Shown here: piece after piece, positions 9,970 to 18,890 of the stretch
How positions within the stretch are numbered: position 1 is the stretch's first letter
How the letters are laid out: each line of letters starts with the position of its first letter
IMG/VR virus record: IMGVR_UViG_3300044712_000810
Coordinates: 250,838 to 314,837 of that record
DNA: 64,000 nt
Reading direction: 5' to 3' (one strand)
Notes under the pieces: model-generated
What the model was told of the DNA's origin: nothing
Seen by the model: only the letters and a program-made list of their open reading frames with translations
Databases searched by the model: none
Program-made: the position numbers and the translations under genes

Positions 9970-11235
9970 ATGGCAGGATCTACAGGATTATATGAAATCT
10001 CATTTAAAATGGGAAAGAATGATACAAATAATATTCAACATTTCTCAATTATTAGAGTACCATTAGAAAAACATGCATCTTTTGCTATTTGTAAATTAAA
10101 TCTAAGTCCGACTCAGATTAAAGCAATTCAAACGGCTTGTGGGCAAAATAAATACATTGAAGCGGTTGTTGAAATATATCAAGTTGACCGTGAAACAAAG
10201 AAAAGACAATCTCCAATAAGTCAAAAGAAATATTTAATATTATCTGCAAAACCAGATAGTGGTGAAAATATTGATGTCCGCCAAGCAAAACAAAGTGCTA
10301 TATTAGTTTTGGCACACCCAGTATTATTTGAAATGAACTCAAGAAATCAATATAATATGAAACACAATAATATGACATGTCTTGATGCAATTAAACAATA
10401 TGAATCTAAAATACCTGAATATTATGGTGATGTATTTCATATAAATCGTATTGGTGAAAATACAAAAAAGAATGATTTCAGATATGAAGAACAATTAATA
10501 AAAGCACCAAATGATCTATATGTTCCAAGATTACTTACTGGTATGTATAAGTGCTATCATAGTTACAACTTATTCTTTTTCGATTGTTTTAATTTATCTA
10601 AAACTGCGAAAAAGGAGATTACTATACATCATTTAAACTTTTATGATCCAAAAGATTTTAAAAAGATTGACATTCATAAAAGTGATGATATCATAAAGTT
10701 TTCAATACCAGGAACTGAAACTCCATTTACAGATGTGAATCGTGAATATAACTTTACAACAGATCCTAATATTACATATATCACAAGTAACAATCAATAT
10801 ATTCATGAAAAGACAAAGGAAGGTCAATCTAAACAATACGATTCAAAAGATCGTGGAACACAAAAATTAGCAGGTGATCGTGAATATACTATTACACAAA
10901 CTGGAAGTGCAAAATACAAAAAAGTTAATCGCGGAACACAAACTATACAAGTAGAAGTGCCAGAAACTGATATTAAAAATGCCAAAGAAAGAATTACATG
11001 TATAAAAGAAACAAAAATTGAAAGTATTAAACAATTTGTGTTTCAAATGTGTTTACCGGACTTTCCAAACTTTGGTGAAATCTATAACTTGGAACTTGAT
11101 AATCGATCTGAATATTTATATACTCCAATTGCAATATGTAATAATTTCGTTCGTGAATCAGGAACAGATCCTTGGATGAAGCATTATTCTGAAGCAAATT
11201 TTGTAAAATATCAGTCTAAAACTACACAGGCATAA
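9970..11235 (+). CDS. hypothetical protein (possibly virion structural)
   Basis: 421-aa ORF with GGAGG SD; no recognised motif. Confidence 0.75.
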   Translation: MAGSTGLYEISFKMGKNDTNNIQHFSIIRVPLEKHASFAICKLNLSPTQIKAIQTACGQNKYIEAVVEIYQVDRETKKRQSPISQKKYLILSAKPDSGENIDVRQAKQSAILVLAHPVLFEMNSRNQYNMKHNNMTCLDAIKQYESKIPEYYGDVFHINRIGENTKKNDFRYEEQLIKAPNDLYVPRLLTGMYKCYHSYNLFFFDCFNLSKTAKKEITIHHLNFYDPKDFKKIDIHKSDDIIKFSIPGTETPFTDVNREYNFTTDPNITYITSNNQYIHEKTKEGQSKQYDSKDRGTQKLAGDREYTITQTGSAKYKKVNRGTQTIQVEVPETDIKNAKERITCIKETKIESIKQFVFQMCLPDFPNFGEIYNLELDNRSEYLYTPIAICNNFVRESGTDPWMKHYSEANFVKYQSKTTQA

Positions 11236-11252
11236 AGTTAAATATTTGCTTT

Positions 11253-11266
11253 CCTCATATAGAAAT
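11253..11266 (+). promoter_or_regulatory. recurrent promoter-like motif
   Basis: CCTCATATAGAAAT. Confidence 0.6.
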
Positions 11267-11286
11267 ATAGTATATAGGAGGCAAAC

Positions 11287-11916
11287 ATGAAACTTCGTTA
11301 TCACGAGCACGAGTCAAACTTACACTTGTATAAGAGTGATAGGAACATGACTTGGGCACAATTGTCAGAGGCAGTTGGTATAAAGCCAGCCGTGCTAATT
11401 GGATTATCAACTGGTTCAATTTCGCCATTTAAAGAAAATGGCGAAATGCGTAAAGGTATTCAAAGTCTTATCGAATATCTTGACGTGGAGTTTGAGGATG
11501 TGTTTCCGAGGTACTTCTGTCGTCTTAATAAAGCAGAAGAATCAATGTGTAACCTAGAACTTGTAATTAGTGAACATACGCTGCGAGCAGCAATTGATCC
11601 AGAACAACATCTAATCAATGCTGAGTATGTGGATCAATTGAAAAAACTCGATGATCTCAAGCCAAGAAGTTTTGAGGTCTTAAAGTTACGTCTTAATGGG
11701 TACAACTATGAAGATATTGGTTACAAATACAATGTAACTAATACCACCGTGCATGTTGAGTTGCATAAGATGCTTGAACGCTCTAACATTCTTCCCGAAG
11801 AAGCCCACAGTCGATTATCAACTGTTGTGGAAAAAAGGAAAAAAGAAGAAGAGCGGAAACAGCGAGAAGAACGAAAAAGTGAGGAACGACTTCGAAAACT
11901 TCGCATCAATTGGTAA
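11287..11916 (+). CDS. XRE-like HTH plus sigma70 region-4-like HTH protein
   Basis: MTWAQLSEAVGI N-terminal HTH; LKPRSFEVLKLRLNGYNYEDIG..YNVT r4-like HTH. Confidence 0.65.
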   Translation: MKLRYHEHESNLHLYKSDRNMTWAQLSEAVGIKPAVLIGLSTGSISPFKENGEMRKGIQSLIEYLDVEFEDVFPRYFCRLNKAEESMCNLELVISEHTLRAAIDPEQHLINAEYVDQLKKLDDLKPRSFEVLKLRLNGYNYEDIGYKYNVTNTTVHVELHKMLERSNILPEEAHSRLSTVVEKRKKEEERKQREERKSEERLRKLRINW

Positions 11917-11984
11917 GATAACAATGCAATTAACCTATTTATAAGGATGCCGAAAGGCTTCCTTTTTTTTCATATTTTCTTACA

Positions 11985-11998
11985 TTTCATATAGAAAT
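11985..11998 (+). promoter_or_regulatory. recurrent promoter-like motif
   Basis: TTTCATATAGAAAT upstream of terD. Confidence 0.7.
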
Positions 11999-12070
11999 GG
12001 TATACGTAATCGGATGTAAAACCGACATGTGTTTCATTAAAAACAACTGAAAAACAGGAAGGAGACAATC

Positions 12071-12691
12071 ATGGCCGAAGTGTTGAACCTGACCAAAGGC
12101 GAAAACATCTCTCTCGACAAAACCGCTGACCAGCTGACCAACATCTTCGTCGGTCTGGGCTGGAACCCGCAGAAGGGTGCCGGCGCTGATTTCGACCTGG
12201 ACGCCACGGTCTTGTGTCTCACCAAGGAAGGCAAGGCCCGCAACGCGGCTGACATGTGCTACTTCGGCAAACTGAGCCTGTACGACGGCGTCATCAAGCA
12301 CTCCCCCGACGATCTCACCGGAGGCTCGTCCGACGACGGCGACGACGAGATCATCACCTTCGATCTGACCAAGATGCCGGCCGATGTGGCCGAAGCCATC
12401 GTTGCGGTCACCATCTACCAGGCCAAACAGCGCGGCCAGACCTTCGGACAGGTCGACAATGCCTACATTCGCGTTGGCACCGCCGACGTGAAGGGCAACT
12501 TCGAGCTGGAAAACGTGAAGGTCCTCGCCAAGTTCGACCTCACCGAGAACGCCTCCGGCGCCTCCGCCGTCATCATGGCCAAGCTGTACAAGACGGACGA
12601 GGGCGAGTGGAAGTTCAAGGTCATCGAGGAAGTCTTGAAGGACTTCGAGATCTCGCACCTGGCCGATCGCTACGGCGTCATGCACAAGTAA
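12071..12691 (+). CDS. terD: TerD family stress protein
   Basis: LTKGENISL, VGLGW, FDLDA, D.LTG...GDDE, FGQVDNAYIR, EWKF. Confidence 0.93.
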   Translation: MAEVLNLTKGENISLDKTADQLTNIFVGLGWNPQKGAGADFDLDATVLCLTKEGKARNAADMCYFGKLSLYDGVIKHSPDDLTGGSSDDGDDEIITFDLTKMPADVAEAIVAVTIYQAKQRGQTFGQVDNAYIRVGTADVKGNFELENVKVLAKFDLTENASGASAVIMAKLYKTDEGEWKFKVIEEVLKDFEISHLADRYGVMHK

Positions 12692-12698
12692 CACCTGT

Positions 12699-12724
12699 GG
12701 GGTCGGCTCGAAAGAGTCGGCCCC
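12699..12724 (+). terminator. hairpin/terminator
   Basis: GGGGTCGGCTC-GAAA-GAGTCGGCCCC-TTT. Confidence 0.6.
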
Positions 12725-12742
12725 TTTCTACTGGAGACACAA

Positions 12743-13678
12743 ATGCAACACTACTCGTTCGCGAACATTTTGATCTTTGGATTGTGCGTAGTTTTAGCAC
12801 TTTTCATTGATCTCCACACTCACAAAAAGGACGAACCAATCAGCGTTAAAAGCGCTGCACTCTGGTCTGTCTTCTGGGTAGGTCTGGCGCTCCTGTTTTC
12901 CGTCTATATTGGCGCAACACACGGAGCCGATCAATCATCGCTATTCCTCGCCGGATATCTACTCGAGAAATCTCTCTCAGTGGACAATCTGTTCGTGTTC
13001 ATGGCGGTGTTTGCATCATTCGGAATTCAAGACAAATATCAGCACCGAATTCTATACTTCGGTATTATCGGTGCTCTCATCTTGCGATTTATCTTCATTG
13101 CCATCGGCAGCAGTTTCTTGCTCATTGCCGGAAAATGGGCATTAACAGCTTTTGCCTTATTCGTTTTGTGGTCCGCATGGAAAATGTGGAAATCCACGGA
13201 TGATGACAATGAAGAAATAGTCGATTACACGGATCATTGGTCTGTAAAAATCGCAAAAAAGTTCCTTCCGGTATATCCTCACCGAGACGGCCATAACTTC
13301 TTTCACAAAGGAGCTTGTACGCCGTTCTTCCTGTGTCTGATAGTAATCGAAGTCGCAGACGTAATGTTTGCATTCGACTCTGTTCCTGCCGTCATAGCAG
13401 TAACACAGGAACCATTCTTGGTATATACATCCAACATCTTCGCCATTCTCGGCTTGAGGTCAATGTACTTCTTGCTGTCAGCGGCTAAAAGATATCTCTG
13501 TCACCTTGAAAAAGCAGTTATCATCGTGCTGGTCTTCATCGGCGTCAAGATGCTTCTTGATGTCTTTGGGCTTGTCCACATTACTCCGGTGGCAAGCTTG
13601 ATCATCGTGGCAGCTGTACTCATCGGCGGCGTCATTTCGTCATTCTGTTACCCTGAAAAAGAAGAAATCACACAATAA
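12743..13678 (+). CDS. terC: TerC/Alx family membrane protein
   Basis: EKSLSVDNLFVF, DVMFAFDSVPA, SNIFAILGLRSMYF. Confidence 0.95.
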   Translation: MQHYSFANILIFGLCVVLALFIDLHTHKKDEPISVKSAALWSVFWVGLALLFSVYIGATHGADQSSLFLAGYLLEKSLSVDNLFVFMAVFASFGIQDKYQHRILYFGIIGALILRFIFIAIGSSFLLIAGKWALTAFALFVLWSAWKMWKSTDDDNEEIVDYTDHWSVKIAKKFLPVYPHRDGHNFFHKGACTPFFLCLIVIEVADVMFAFDSVPAVIAVTQEPFLVYTSNIFAILGLRSMYFLLSAAKRYLCHLEKAVIIVLVFIGVKMLLDVFGLVHITPVASLIIVAAVLIGGVISSFCYPEKEEITQ

Positions 13679-13689
13679 GGAGCTACATC

Positions 13690-14142
13690 ATGGGATTCTG
13701 GGACGATATCAAAGGTGCTGTTTCCAGCGGCTTTAAGTCGCTTTCGGATGAAGTGTCAAAATACAAAAACCAGCCCTTCCTGGATGCTGTCCTTGCTGCT
13801 GCCGCAATGGTCGCAGCAGCAGATGGTAAGGTCGATTCTTCCGAAAAGAAGAAGCTCATGTCGTTCGTCACAAACAACGAACTTCTTTCGGTCTTCGAAC
13901 CCGCCGTGGTCATCGAGACTTTCAAAAAATATCTCGACATCGTCGAACGCGATCCGGACTTCGGTCCAACTGAATGCATGGCAGTCGTCAAGAAGCTGAA
14001 GGGCAAACCCGAAGCTGACATTGCCATCAGCGTATGCTGCGCCATCGGCAAAGCTGATGGCGACTTCGATAAGGACGAAAAAGAAATCGTCAAACAAATG
14101 TGCGTTGCTCTCGGCATCGATCCGGCGCAGTTCAGTCTGTAA
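13690..14142 (+). CDS. terB: TerB family protein
   Basis: AAADG.VD.SE and IGKADGDFD.DE motifs. Confidence 0.9.
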   Translation: MGFWDDIKGAVSSGFKSLSDEVSKYKNQPFLDAVLAAAAMVAAADGKVDSSEKKKLMSFVTNNELLSVFEPAVVIETFKKYLDIVERDPDFGPTECMAVVKKLKGKPEADIAISVCCAIGKADGDFDKDEKEIVKQMCVALGIDPAQFSL

Positions 14143-14149
14143 CCCCTGT

Positions 14150-14169
14150 AGGGGAGGTTCGCCTCCCCT
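14150..14169 (+). terminator. intrinsic terminator
   Basis: AGGGGAGG-TTCG-CCTCCCCT followed by a T tract. Confidence 0.75.
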
Positions 14170-14192
14170 GCTTTTATTTTTATTTTCTCAAG

Positions 14193-14206
14193 TTTCATAT
14201 AGAAAT
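14193..14206 (+). promoter_or_regulatory. recurrent promoter-like motif
   Basis: TTTCATATAGAAAT. Confidence 0.7.
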
Positions 14207-14280
14207 GGTATAGACAGAGTAGGCACACTCTCTCCCCCTGGTAAAGTGGGGGAGTTTTTCGGCTGCTCCCCCACTTTTTT
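14207..14280 (+). ncRNA. candidate small RNA (~70 nt)
   Basis: Lies between a promoter motif and terminator AAAGTGGGGGAG..CTCCCCCACTTT-TTT; no ORF; hairpin AGAGT/ACTCT. Confidence 0.5.
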
Positions 14281-14302
14281 AATTGGTTTTTATTTTTTCT
14301 AG

Positions 14303-14316
14303 TTTTATATAAAAAT
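14303..14316 (+). promoter_or_regulatory. recurrent promoter-like motif (variant)
   Basis: TTTTATATAAAAAT followed by AATACCCATG, as at 23652. Confidence 0.55.
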
Positions 14317-14357
14317 AATACCCATGGACTCTTTTATTATTATAAATTGGAGAAAAC

Positions 14358-15326
14358 ATGCGAAAGTACATAAACTATTTAATGCCACATGAAACAATAT
14401 TAAAAATTCTTGAGAGAATGAATAAAAAGAGAGTCAACTTTTTTATTGACTTACAAAGTATCTGTAAAGGATTTTATAATAAAGACATCGTAATGTATGA
14501 AATATCTGAATATGCAACAAATAATGCAATATCAGACAAATTAATCACCGAACTTAAAGAATATCTTAATGGTCTATATTTCAAATATAAACCATATGAT
14601 CCATTCTTTGTAATTTTTTATGATGATGGTTATAACTCTCAAGCTAAAACCATCAATACTGCATATAAATCTGGTCGAACAACATTGAATATGTTCCTCG
14701 ATTCAGATCATGATGCAGAATTGTTTAGGCAAATAAAGAAATATTATTTTGAAAGAATCGCAGTAGATTTTAAAAAACCTGAAATATGTGAACCTATTTA
14801 TTTAAGACAGTGGGAATCAGATATGATTCCACATTATTGTATAATGAATAATTTATTTGATTCGCATGAAGCTGATGTGCTTAATATTATATTAAGTACG
14901 GATAAAGACTTATTACAGTCTTGTAAATATCCAAATACAATTCAAGTGTGTACAACATTCAGAACAGGCCAAAGTGGGAAAAAAGAAATCCATTTTGGTT
15001 TATATGATAAAAATAATGCACCTGAATATGTATATGAGAATTTCAAAAAAGGCATCGTAACAGCTGAACATATCCCATTGATATTGGCCATTGCCGGTGA
15101 CGACAGCGACAACATCAAAGGTATAAAGAAAGGTATTGGAAAGGCGCACGCTATAAAAATGATCGAACAATTCAATATTCCAACAAAAATACACGAGATA
15201 CGTCAACAACTCGACAAGATGCCAGAAGTTATACAAGAACACTTTGATAAACTTTGTGAAAACCTAAAATTAATAGATTTTGAAGAACAAATAACTAGAG
15301 TGCCACAAGCCGCACTCAAAATCTAG
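14358..15326 (+). CDS. 5'-3' exonuclease / flap endonuclease (T4 RNase H-like)
   Basis: YKSGR, ESD, STDKDLLQ, AIAGDDSDNIKGI..GIG (H3TH). Confidence 0.88.
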   Translation: MRKYINYLMPHETILKILERMNKKRVNFFIDLQSICKGFYNKDIVMYEISEYATNNAISDKLITELKEYLNGLYFKYKPYDPFFVIFYDDGYNSQAKTINTAYKSGRTTLNMFLDSDHDAELFRQIKKYYFERIAVDFKKPEICEPIYLRQWESDMIPHYCIMNNLFDSHEADVLNIILSTDKDLLQSCKYPNTIQVCTTFRTGQSGKKEIHFGLYDKNNAPEYVYENFKKGIVTAEHIPLILAIAGDDSDNIKGIKKGIGKAHAIKMIEQFNIPTKIHEIRQQLDKMPEVIQEHFDKLCENLKLIDFEEQITRVPQAALKI

Positions 15327-15339
15327 GAGGATCTGTTCA

Positions 15340-15738
15340 ATGTTACATGGAGAAATTAACGAGCTTCTGCGCATGGTCATTGATCAACTTGAGAAAGACG
15401 GATATAAACGTCGTGACATGTGCAATCTCACTCTCGGTAACCAATGTGGACCAATGTTCAGTGAATTTATGAAAGGTAAAGATCTCGGCGTAAAGCCACT
15501 TTCAAGAATCATTGATGCGTTTGGCTACGATTTACATTTAGTTCCAATTCCGAAGAAGTCTAACGTTGAGACAGCATCTCTCGTTGATACAACTACACGC
15601 GACTTTATTGAAAACTGCAAAATTGCAATGATCGGCAACTTAGATAATGCCGACGCTGTAAGTAAAGCAAAGAATAAAGTATCTGCTGTATTTGAAGAAA
15701 TTGGACAAGATCTCCTTAAAGAAGCCTTAGGCGAATAA
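15340..15738 (+). CDS. putative HTH DNA-binding protein
   Basis: LSRIIDAFGYDLHLVP resembles an XRE C-terminus. Confidence 0.55.
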   Translation: MLHGEINELLRMVIDQLEKDGYKRRDMCNLTLGNQCGPMFSEFMKGKDLGVKPLSRIIDAFGYDLHLVPIPKKSNVETASLVDTTTRDFIENCKIAMIGNLDNADAVSKAKNKVSAVFEEIGQDLLKEALGE

Positions 15739-15739
15739 T

Positions 15740-16015
15740 ATGAGTTATACTAATCTAGCTGAAATAAAAAAACATTTAGCATCAGTTATGATACAATTCA
15801 AAGATGATAATGGTGAATTTAATGTGGATAAAACAAATGTGTTTGAATTACACACATTGATGACAAATACAAAAAAAGATCTTGAAGAATATGCTTTAAA
15901 ATGTTCTGATGATGAAAAACATGATTTAAATATCGGTTTGAATTTGATCAATAATTTTCTCGAAACAACAACAAAAATTATAAATAAAGATATTAAAAAT
16001 ATTAAATTTAATTAG
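15740..16015 (+). CDS. hypothetical protein
   Basis: Operonic ORF. Confidence 0.65.
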   Translation: MSYTNLAEIKKHLASVMIQFKDDNGEFNVDKTNVFELHTLMTNTKKDLEEYALKCSDDEKHDLNIGLNLINNFLETTTKIINKDIKNIKFN

Positions 16016-16024
16016 GAGGCATAT

Positions 16025-16732
16025 ATGCCCCAGACATGGAATAATGTTATTGAATACATCAAGATTAATCTTGGTGGTCCATTAAATATGTTGGAAATCA
16101 ATGATGAAGATTTAGTTAAATTACTTAAAAATCAAGTGTTACCATTCTTTTCACAATACTCACCAGCACAAAAATATACTTATATTACGGACGCCGATAT
16201 GGAAGTAATTGAAAAAGCAGGCGCACCAATGTATATATATAAAATACCGTTGGCAGTAGATGAAAAGATTATTGACATCATTGATGTTTATAATAGTAAA
16301 CAAACAGCATTAGTTGATGCATTTGGTGGAGCAATTGTTACAGCTAGAACTGCAGAAGATTTAGTAATGAGTAACAGTTATATTGATGCCATTCGATCTT
16401 TATCAGTTCGAAATACATGGGAATTCTTTCCACCAAATAGAATAGGTCTAGATGTAGATATTACCGGATGTACAATTGTATATAATACGGTACACGAAAC
16501 ACTCGATACTATTCAACCAGATATGTATGAACTAATGTTTAAAAAATTGTGTCTTGCCAACGTTAAAGTTTGGATTGCAAATATGCGTTCGAAATTTAAC
16601 AACTTGGCGACACCATTTGGTCAAATGGATTTGAATTGGGATAGACTATTACAGGAAGGTCAAACGGAGAAACAGGAAGTTATGGTTGACCTTAATTCAA
16701 TTCCACCAGATCATTTCTTTGAGATTAGTTAA
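16025..16732 (+). CDS. neck/head-completion protein (T4 gp13-like)
   Basis: YIKINLGGPLNMLEI and W...RSKF.....FG.MDLN...L..EG patterns. Confidence 0.65.
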   Translation: MPQTWNNVIEYIKINLGGPLNMLEINDEDLVKLLKNQVLPFFSQYSPAQKYTYITDADMEVIEKAGAPMYIYKIPLAVDEKIIDIIDVYNSKQTALVDAFGGAIVTARTAEDLVMSNSYIDAIRSLSVRNTWEFFPPNRIGLDVDITGCTIVYNTVHETLDTIQPDMYELMFKKLCLANVKVWIANMRSKFNNLATPFGQMDLNWDRLLQEGQTEKQEVMVDLNSIPPDHFFEIS

Positions 16733-16802
16733 GGCAATTGCGGTTAATAACCGGAGAAAGAACCGCTGAGATCCGTGAAACTATTAAATAGGAGATTTAT
16801 TT

Positions 16803-17543
16803 ATGGCATCACTTACACCGCTAATGACACGAAGCATCACTGGTTACAACAAAGTTCAACTTAGTTTAGTTGAAGACAATGAAGCAGAACAATTCAAAAA
16901 TAGTTTTATCGTATTCATTAAAGGAATTGAAGCACAGAAGAACCAACAAGGTGGCAATGGACTTCAATTCGATTACAAAGGTTCCATCAATATGAAGATG
17001 GATGCCGAAGATTTGTTCGCTTTAGGCTTTGCTTGTCAAAAAGCGGCTGAAGGTCAAGGACCAAACTACGAAAAAGCATTTGGATCTTACAGTAAGTTTG
17101 CTGATTCGTCAAGAAGTTCATACTCAAATGGCGATAGCGCTGCTGGAACAAAGACTCTTCGTGTCGGTCAAATGTTAAACAAAGATCAAAAAACTGTTCT
17201 TAGTATTAGTTTTAATGCCGGTGGAAAAGGTGGCAAGAACATTGCTATTTCGCTTTCACCATATATGATGTTTGCATTCTCTAAAATTTGTTACGACTTT
17301 GCACAACGCATTCTAGATCTTGAATCTAGACGCGGTGGCGTTGCTGTAGCAAAACCTGGAGCACCTGCGGCTAAACCACAACAATATCAAAAACCTGCAT
17401 ATCAGAAACCACAACAGGCTCCACAAAATACTTTTGACAGTGAACCATCTTTTGGTGGCATTGAAGATAGTTTTGCATCTGGACTTGAAAGTGCAATGGG
17501 TGGAGACGATATGCCTCCTCCGATGGATGCACCACCGTTCTAA
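16803..17543 (+). CDS. putative single-stranded DNA-binding protein
   Basis: Folded N-terminus, Q/P-rich linker, acidic tail ending DAPPF like SSB C-tips. Confidence 0.5.
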   Translation: MASLTPLMTRSITGYNKVQLSLVEDNEAEQFKNSFIVFIKGIEAQKNQQGGNGLQFDYKGSINMKMDAEDLFALGFACQKAAEGQGPNYEKAFGSYSKFADSSRSSYSNGDSAAGTKTLRVGQMLNKDQKTVLSISFNAGGKGGKNIAISLSPYMMFAFSKICYDFAQRILDLESRRGGVAVAKPGAPAAKPQQYQKPAYQKPQQAPQNTFDSEPSFGGIEDSFASGLESAMGGDDMPPPMDAPPF

Positions 17544-17552
17544 CATAAATGT

Positions 17553-17572
17553 GGGCCTGGGAAACCAGGCCC
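17553..17572 (+). terminator. intrinsic terminator
   Basis: GGGCCTGG-GAAA-CCAGGCCC-TTTTTT. Confidence 0.8.
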
Positions 17573-17589
17573 TTTTTTAAGGAGAAGAA

Positions 17590-18261
17590 ATGGATATTAA
17601 AAAGACTACAATTCGTGCGGCTGTTGGTGTACCTGTCAAAATCACACTCGAATCAAATCCTACAACAGGATATTCATGGAGTGAACAACATGACAGAAAG
17701 AAAATCGTATTAGAATCTAAAAAGTTTAAGACTAGTTTCCCACTTGGTGAAACAGTCGGTAATTTATTTGGATGTGGCGGAATTGATATCTTTGATTTTA
17801 TGCCAACAAGAGATGATTGTATTACTGAAATTACTTTCACATATCTTTCCCCTTGTGGTGATATTGAAAGAAGAGAAGTATATGAAGTCATCATTGGCGA
17901 AGGTGAAGAAGTAATTGCGCCACTTGATTTTGATAAAGATGAAAGAGATGACACTCCAGTCATTAACGAAACAGATTTAGTCAATGCAACAACAATTGTT
18001 AGTACAATGAATACATATCAGAATGATGTGAATATTCCAGGTGTTGGTATTATACCTGCTCATATTATTCGTGAATCTTTCCATCATTGTGATTGTGAAG
18101 ATCAACCTACTCATACTCACCATTCATATGAATCACATTCTCGTTCTTGGGATGATTCATCAAGCTCAAGTTCGTCATATTCATCCGATTCCTCAAGTTC
18201 TTACTCTAGTTCTGATTCAAGTTCTTGTGGCGGTGATTCTGGTGGATGTGGCGGCGACTAA
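17590..18261 (+). CDS. chagasin/I42 cysteine-protease inhibitor domain protein with Ser/Gly-rich tail
   Basis: ITLESNPTTGYSW signature, FGCGG loop, Y..P. Confidence 0.7.
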   Translation: MDIKKTTIRAAVGVPVKITLESNPTTGYSWSEQHDRKKIVLESKKFKTSFPLGETVGNLFGCGGIDIFDFMPTRDDCITEITFTYLSPCGDIERREVYEVIIGEGEEVIAPLDFDKDERDDTPVINETDLVNATTIVSTMNTYQNDVNIPGVGIIPAHIIRESFHHCDCEDQPTHTHHSYESHSRSWDDSSSSSSSYSSDSSSSYSSSDSSSCGGDSGGCGGD

Positions 18262-18272
18262 CAGGAGACATT

Positions 18273-18467
18273 ATGAACGACAACTGGTTATCACCACAAA
18301 TACAAGCTTACTCAAGACTTTTACGTACTGAAATGCCTTTTATGGTTGATTATGAATCAACATTCGATTTATCAACGTTAGGTGATAGAATTGGACTAAC
18401 AAAAATAAAATCAAGACAAAAAGTTGATAAATTCAAAGATATTACTAATATATTAGATTGGGAGTAA
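18273..18467 (+). CDS. small protein, C-terminal LDWE
   Basis: AGGAG SD, ATG at 18273. Confidence 0.65.
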   Translation: MNDNWLSPQIQAYSRLLRTEMPFMVDYESTFDLSTLGDRIGLTKIKSRQKVDKFKDITNILDWE

Positions 18468-18469
18468 TT

Positions 18470-18664
18470 ATGGGAATTTTAGATAGTATAAGATATGAAA
18501 ATGAGAAACGCATGTATGAAAGACAATTAAGTACTAGAATAGGTAATATCAAAATAGGAAACCCATGTGGTGAATTAGTTACAAAAGGATATGTAGATTG
18601 TTCATTATCACCGTACAAATATAAATCAATGTCGGAATGTTTAAATATATTTGATTGGGAGTAA
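18470..18664 (+). CDS. small protein, C-terminal FDWE
   Basis: GGGAG SD. Confidence 0.65.
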   Translation: MGILDSIRYENEKRMYERQLSTRIGNIKIGNPCGELVTKGYVDCSLSPYKYKSMSECLNIFDWE

Positions 18665-18667
18665 TAT

Positions 18668-18889
18668 ATGTCAATAGATGATTATTTACAAGATAGTATG
18701 TGGCAACAACCAAATAATAATTCATTATTAAATCATCCAGGTCTACAAATGATTGGACCTTTAAAGAATGATACATTACCATATGCAATGTCACATGAAC
18801 AAATTGAAAAATTAAAGGAACTATTTGCAGTTCCTCAAAAGCAACCCAAAACAATGTCAGACATCTTCGACACACTAAACTGGGAATAA
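18668..18889 (+). CDS. small protein, C-terminal LNWE
   Basis: GGGAG SD. Confidence 0.65.
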   Translation: MSIDDYLQDSMWQQPNNNSLLNHPGLQMIGPLKNDTLPYAMSHEQIEKLKELFAVPQKQPKTMSDIFDTLNWE

Positions 18890-18890
18890 A

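Noticed and set aside
11987-12810. Antisense 235-aa and alternate-frame 184-aa ORFs over terD
   Set aside because: Shadow ORFs caused by GC-rich codon bias.
18150-18261. Low-complexity TCA/TCT repeats
   Set aside because: They encode the Ser/Gly-rich protein tail, not a DNA repeat element.
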